Shown here: positions 59,217 to 64,000 of the stretch, in pieces
Layout of the letters: the number at the start of each line of letters is the position of its first letter
How positions within the stretch are numbered: position 1 is the first letter of the stretch
NCBI GenBank assembly: GCA_963798085.1
Contig: CAWCRS010000001.1
Coordinates: forward strand, 352,001-416,000
Length of the DNA: 64,000 nt
Reading direction: 5' to 3'
Source of the DNA: an uncultured Gemmatimonadales bacterium
GTDB lineage: Bacteria > Gemmatimonadota > Gemmatimonadetes > Longimicrobiales > RSA9
The notes under the pieces: generated by a model
Told to the model about the DNA's origin: nothing
Database searches by the model: none
What the model saw: only the letters and a program-made list of their open reading frames with translations
Made by a program: the position numbers and the translations under genes

Positions 59217-61578
59217 ATGATCAAGCGTCTCCTGTCGCGAACGGCGCTTCTGCCGCTCGCCCTGTGCCTGCTGCCCGCCGCCGCGCACGCGCAGCGGCCA
59301 CCGATCGATGTCGCGCGCTACACGCGTGCGGAACGCCTGCTCGCGTGGAACACGGAGGACCTGATCTCCGGCGACCAGGTGGTGCCCACGTGGATGCGCG
59401 GCGGCAATCGCTTCTGGTACCGCAACAAGACCGAGGACGGCGCGGAATTCGTGCTCGTCGATCCGGTGCGCGGCACCCGCGCGCTGCTCTTCGATCACGA
59501 CCGGCTCGCCGCCGCCATGTCGCTCGCCGCCGACACGTCCTTCCTCGGCCGCAAGCTGCCGTTCCGCACGTTCCGCTTCTCGGATGACGAGAACAGCATC
59601 CGCTTCAATGCGAACCACAAGGGCTTCACCTGCGACATTGCGGCGCATCGCTGCACGCTCGGGCGACACACTGCCCAACGAATCCGGCTACGTGCGCTCA
59701 CCCGATGGCCGCATGGAAGCCTTCATCCATCAGCACGATCTGTGGATCCGGCCCGTACGGCGGCGGCGACTCCGACCCGTCTGACGACGGATGGCGAAGC
59801 GCTGTTCGAGTACGGCAACCAGGCGCCACGCCCCACAGAGATCGTCAATCACCTCAAGCAGCGGCCCGTGCTGCAGTGGTCGCCGGACTCGAAGAAGATC
59901 GCGATCCAGCGCATGGATGAGCGCAAGACGCCGATGATGCCGCTCTACTCGTCCACACACGAGCGGCCCATGCTCTACCAGTATCCGTATCCGCTGCCCG
60001 GTGATTCCGATGCTGCCTTCGGTTCGACATCCACATCATCGATGTGGCGACGAAGTCGAACGTCCGCGTCGAACGTCCCGCCGCAGCCGTATCTCACCTT
60101 CACCACCACGGGTGTCGCGGATTCGACCTGGCTGACGGTGAAGTGGAAGGATGGCAGCAACCGCCTCTACTTCACGCACGCGGTGCGCGGCGCCAAGCGC
60201 ATCCAGCTCATGGAAGCGAACGTGCAGACGGGCGAGGCGCGTCTGATCGTGAAGGACACACTGGCCACGCAGGTCGAGCTGAACCTCGACATCGTCGCGG
60301 GCAAGCCGAACTGGGACGTCATCAACAACGGCAATGACGTGATCTGGTTCTCCGAGGCCGATGGCTGGGCGCACCTCTACCGTTACGACGCCAATGGCAA
60401 ACTGAAGAATCGCATCACGCAGGGCCCGTGGACCTTCGGCGATCTGCTCTGCATTGACGAGGCGGCCGGTCGCATGTACTTCACGGCGAGAGGCCGCGAG
60501 ACCGATCGCATGCCGGTGATGGCGGAGTTCTACGCAGTCAACCTGGATGGCACGGGTCTCACAAAGCTGGGCGGCGAGCCGGCCGATCACACGGTCAGCG
60601 CGACACCCGACGGCAAGTACTTCGTCGACAGCTACTCGCGCCCCGACATGCCGCCCGTCACCGTGCTGCGCGACCGCACGGGCAAGGTGGTGCGCAAGCT
60701 CGAGGAAGCCGATGTTTCACGGCTGAAGCAGATCGGCTGGTCGCCGCCCGAAGTCTTCGAGTACAAGGCAAGGGATGGCATCACGTCGATGTACGGGCTG
60801 ATCTACCGGCCATCGGACTTCGATCCGACGAAGAAGTATCCCGTCGTCGAATACATCTATCCGGGTCCCTTCATTGGCAGTGTGGGCCGCTGGAACTTCG
60901 GCGGCGGCGCACTCGGCAGCGCGCTGCGCGCGGATCAGGACGCGCTCGCCGAGCTGGGCTTCATTGTCGTACAGATGGATCACCTCGGCACGCCCTTCCG
61001 CGCCAAGGCCATCGAGGACAACTACTGGGGCAACATGGGGGACAACGGAATCCCGGACCACATTGCCGGACTGAAGCAGCTGGCCGCGCGCTACTCGTAC
61101 ATGGACCTGGACGCGCGTCGGCATCTACGGCCATTCCGGCGGCGGCTTCGCCTCGACGGACGCGATCCTCCGCTATCCCGACTTCTACAAGGTCGCGGTC
61201 TCCTCCTCGGGCAACCACGACAACCACACCTACCACGCCGCCTACGCGGAGAAATACGAGGGCCTGCTCAAGCGCGACACCGTGCACCACACCGACAACT
61301 ACGCCAACCAGGTGAACGCGTCGCTGGCGAAGAATCTGAAGGGCAGGCTGTTCCTCATGACCGGCGACATGGATGACAACGTGCACCCATCCATGACGCT
61401 GCAGGTCGTGAACGCGCTGATCGCCGCTAACAAGACATTCGACTTCCTGATGCTGCCCAACCGCACGCACGACCTGAACGAGCCCTATGTCATACGGCGG
61501 CGCTGGGACTATTTCGTCGAGAACCTGCTGGGCATGGAGCCGCCCCGGGACTACGAGATCCGGAGGCCGACGAGTTAG
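59217..61578 (+). CDS. S9B dipeptidyl peptidase IV-like protein (frameshifts ~59660, 59760, 60020, 60065, 61115)
   Basis: DPPIV propeller (WSPDSKKIA, DGWAHLY), YPGP; catalytic GIYGHSGGG, DDNVHP and NRTH in a shifted frame. Confidence 0.88.
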
Positions 61579-61587
61579 CTTGACGCA

Positions 61588-61690
61588 AACGGCGTTGCTG
61601 GGGCTGGTTGCCGGGGCTGGTTGCTCGGGAACGGAGCTACGGATTCGAACTTGGGCTGGGGCTGGCGCTCCGGCTGGAGTTGGGAACGGA
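61588..61690 (+). repeat. GTTGCTGGGGCTGG repeat family member
   Basis: AACGGCGTTGCTGGGGCTGGTTGCCGGGGCTGGTTGCTCGGGAACGG. Confidence 0.75.
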
Positions 61691-61704
61691 CGAACCGGAT
61701 CGGA

Positions 61705-62469
61705 CTAGAGGATCGGCTTCAGTAGCGCTTCGCGGTGGCTGCGGCTGACGCGCAGGGAGCGGCCGTCGCTCAGGATCGCGATGTAGTCGCCGCCGGTCCA
61801 TGGCTGGACTTCCGTAATGCGGTCCAGGTTGACGATGGTCGAGCGGTGGATGCGCGCGAAGCGTGAGGGATCGAGCTGGCGCTCGAGCGCGGCCAGCGTG
61901 CTGCGGATCACTTCGGACGCGCGCCCCATGTGCAGGCGCACGTAATTGCCTTCAGCCTCGAACCAGTCCACATCATCGATGGCGACGTAGCGGATCCGGT
62001 CCTGCTCGCGAATCGTGACCCGGCGCGCGGCCGGGTTCGCGCGCGGAGCGCGCGCATCCAGCAGCGCCGCCAGCTGCCGGGCGAGTGCGTCGGAGGCGGG
62101 CGTGTGCAGGCAGGCGATGGCGTGCAGCACGGCGTCCTGCAGGCGGGTGTCATCGAAGGGCTTGAGCACGTAGTCGAGCGCGTGGATCTCGAAGGCGCGG
62201 ATGGCGTGCGCGTCGTACGCCGTGATGAACACCACCGCGGGCATCGCATCCCGGCCGATCGCTTCGATCACGCCAAAGCCATCTTCCCCGGGCATCTGCA
62301 CGTCGAGCAGCACGAGGTCCGGCTGCAGCCGGCGGATCGCGTCGATGGCGCTCTGGCCGTCGGCGCACTCACCCGCGACCTCGACCTGCGGCAGCCGCTC
62401 CAGCACCACGCGCACGCAGTCCCTCGCCAGCGGCTCGTCGTCGACGATCAGGATGCGTGCGGCCGGCAT
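61705..62469 (-). CDS. LytTR family response regulator
   Basis: IVDDEPLAR, LLDVQMP, DYVLKP, AEGNYV, FARIHRSTIVN, VSRS. Confidence 0.95.
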   Translation of the reverse strand: MPAARILIVDDEPLARDCVRVVLERLPQVEVAGECADGQSAIDAIRRLQPDLVLLDVQMPGEDGFGVIEAIGRDAMPAVVFITAYDAHAIRAFEIHALDYVLKPFDDTRLQDAVLHAIACLHTPASDALARQLAALLDARAPRANPAARRVTIREQDRIRYVAIDDVDWFEAEGNYVRLHMGRASEVIRSTLAALERQLDPSRFARIHRSTIVNLDRITEVQPWTGGDYIAILSDGRSLRVSRSHREALLKPIL

Positions 62470-63656
62470 CAGCGTCGCTCCAGCGCCAGCGCAGCGCGCG
62501 ACGGCGGCCCGGCCAGTGATTCGCTCACAGGTGGCGCTTCCAGGGGCAGACGCAGCCTGACTGTGGCGCCTCCATGTTCGTTGTTAGCAAAGCTCAGGCT
62601 GGTGCTGCCGCTGCTGTACAGCTGCTCCAGCCGCGCGCGTGTATTGGACAGGCCGACGCCCTCGCGCGCGGGGCCGCCGTCCGGGAAGCCGATGCCGCTG
62701 TCGCTCACTTCCAGCAGCAGTGCGCCGCTCGTTTGCTGCGCGCGGATGCGGATGTGGCCCGCGCCCGGCTTGCGCGCGATGCCGTGGCGCACGGCGTTTT
62801 CCACCAGCGGCTGCAGCACGAGTGTGGGCACCAGCAGGCCGAGCGTATCGTCGTCGACATCAATGGCGACTTCCAGCCGGTCGCGGAAGCGGATGCGCTC
62901 AATGCCGAGGTACTGCTCAAGGAAGTGCAGCTCCTCCTCGAGCGGCACCTTCTGCGCCGCTTCGCGGTCCAGCGTGATGCGCAGCAGGTCGCCCAGGCGG
63001 GCCAGCACGCGCACGGCCGCATCGTCTTCCTGGCGCCGCACCAGCCCGGCAATCGCGTTCAGCGTGTTGAACAGGAAATGCGGGTGCAGCTCCATGCGCA
63101 GCGCATTGAGCCGCGCTTCGGTCATGCTGGCCTGCAGCTGTGCCGCCTGCACTTCCAGGCGTGCCGCGTTCAGCTGGCTGAGCCGTAACCGACTGTTATA
63201 GACGAGCGCGTGGTGTACACCCACGATCGCCCAGTAGGTGACGAAGTTGAGCATGCTGAACGACTCGATCCAGCGCTGCACCATGAAGCCGTAGCCGGGC
63301 ACGTGACCCCGCGCGCTGGTCTGGTAGTAGAGCCCGCCGATCAGCGCGATGTGCAGCATGGTGAACAGGACCGCGCTCAGGAGGTGCACCGGCAGGAAGC
63401 GACGGCCGCGTGCGTCGCCCAGCGGAAATCGGTCGGCAATGCGGAATATCAGCGGCGTCGCCAGAGCCCAGAACCACCACCAGGGCATGTTGCCGATCAG
63501 TGCAGCGCGCAACGCGACCGGCGTGCCGTGCACCTTCCCCGAAACGTACGCCTTGCAGGACTCGATCAGTCCCATGACCGTCCAGCACCCAATGATCCCC
63601 AGCCAGTGGCCGCCAGCCGCGCCGTCTGCCGCGGTTGCGATCGCGTCTTCACTCAT
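62469..63656 (-). CDS. LytS/YehU-type sensor histidine kinase
   Basis: TM region; LHPHFLFNTLNAI, YLGIE.IRF.DRL, LQPLVENAVRHG, D.G.G, GVGLSN. Confidence 0.95.
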   Translation of the reverse strand: MSEDAIATAADGAAGGHWLGIIGCWTVMGLIESCKAYVSGKVHGTPVALRAALIGNMPWWWFWALATPLIFRIADRFPLGDARGRRFLPVHLLSAVLFTMLHIALIGGLYYQTSARGHVPGYGFMVQRWIESFSMLNFVTYWAIVGVHHALVYNSRLRLSQLNAARLEVQAAQLQASMTEARLNALRMELHPHFLFNTLNAIAGLVRRQEDDAAVRVLARLGDLLRITLDREAAQKVPLEEELHFLEQYLGIERIRFRDRLEVAIDVDDDTLGLLVPTLVLQPLVENAVRHGIARKPGAGHIRIRAQQTSGALLLEVSDSGIGFPDGGPAREGVGLSNTRARLEQLYSSGSTSLSFANNEHGGATVRLRLPLEAPPVSESLAGPPSRAALALERR

Positions 63657-63857
63657 GCGCGCAAGCTCGAACCCGCATCGTCACACGGCAATCGCGCTGG
63701 GAGGAACAAGCCGCCACCGCGGGCGGATCGACAGGGAACGGCTGCGGCGCCACCGACCACAGCCGCCCCCATCGATCCTTCCCCCTCCTCACTCCGCCTG
63801 CACCGCAACCGCAGCCCCCCACCCCCTCACCGGCCACCCGCAACGTCTGACCCCCAA

Positions 63858-64000
63858 AGTCCGTATCCGTCCTCTGCTGCCCCTGTGGCCCCTGCGTGAT
63901 GATGTGATTCCGTAGAGTCCGTATCCGTCCTCTGCTGCCCCTGTGGCCCCTGTGTGATGATGTGATTCCGTAGAGTCCGTATCCGTCCTCTGCTGCCCCT
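63858..64000. repeat. 58-bp tandem repeat (about 2.5 units, runs off the window)
   Basis: AGTCCGTATCCGTCCTCTGCTGCCCCTGTGGCCCCTGYGTGATGATGTGATTCCGTAG at 63858, 63916, 63974. Confidence 0.92.

Noticed and set aside
63858..64000. CRISPR array at the window end
   Set aside because: Contiguous 58-bp units with no unique spacers.
1..64000. tRNA, rRNA, prophage or intact IS elements
   Set aside because: No cloverleaf, rRNA, phage structural or transposase signatures recognised by eye; tRNAscan/Infernal were not run.

Overview
High-GC bacterial DNA (about 70% by eye). The gene content (three PadR + ADOP-type permease operons, BNR/VPS10 beta-propeller proteins, many secreted peptidases with GGRGG linkers) suggests Gemmatimonadota or an Acidobacteriota-like lineage; this is inference only. 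I found no rRNA, tRNA, CRISPR array or intact transposase. At least seven otherwise intact genes carry small frameshifts, most likely long-read assembly errors. The main candidate novel system is on the minus strand at 40894-47015. A translationally coupled operon encodes a GAF-GAF-HlyD protein, a lipoprotein membrane-fusion protein, a PqqD/RRE-like-M50 peptidase-HlyD fusion and a Crp/Fnr regulator. It is followed by two 50/56-aa paralogous peptides that the ORF track misses. They share a near-identical leader ending EELEERIAP, carry different short tails (LMRKL; LTGFASDDGGN), and sit between Crp-like boxes upstream and a terminator downstream. This looks like a peptide processing/export and possibly autoinduction system with no ABC ATPase in the locus. 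Other leads: a stand-alone Cys-rich deaminase-like protein, a secreted arginase-fold protein with a remodelled active site, an AqpZ with an altered selectivity filter, an Arg-rich leader plus terminator before the DUF1854-linked ABC transporter, a MITE-like element in front of two promoters, a Fic/DUF433/VapC45 deletion scar, and several REP-like repeat families. All family assignments come from motif recognition by eye, not database searches.
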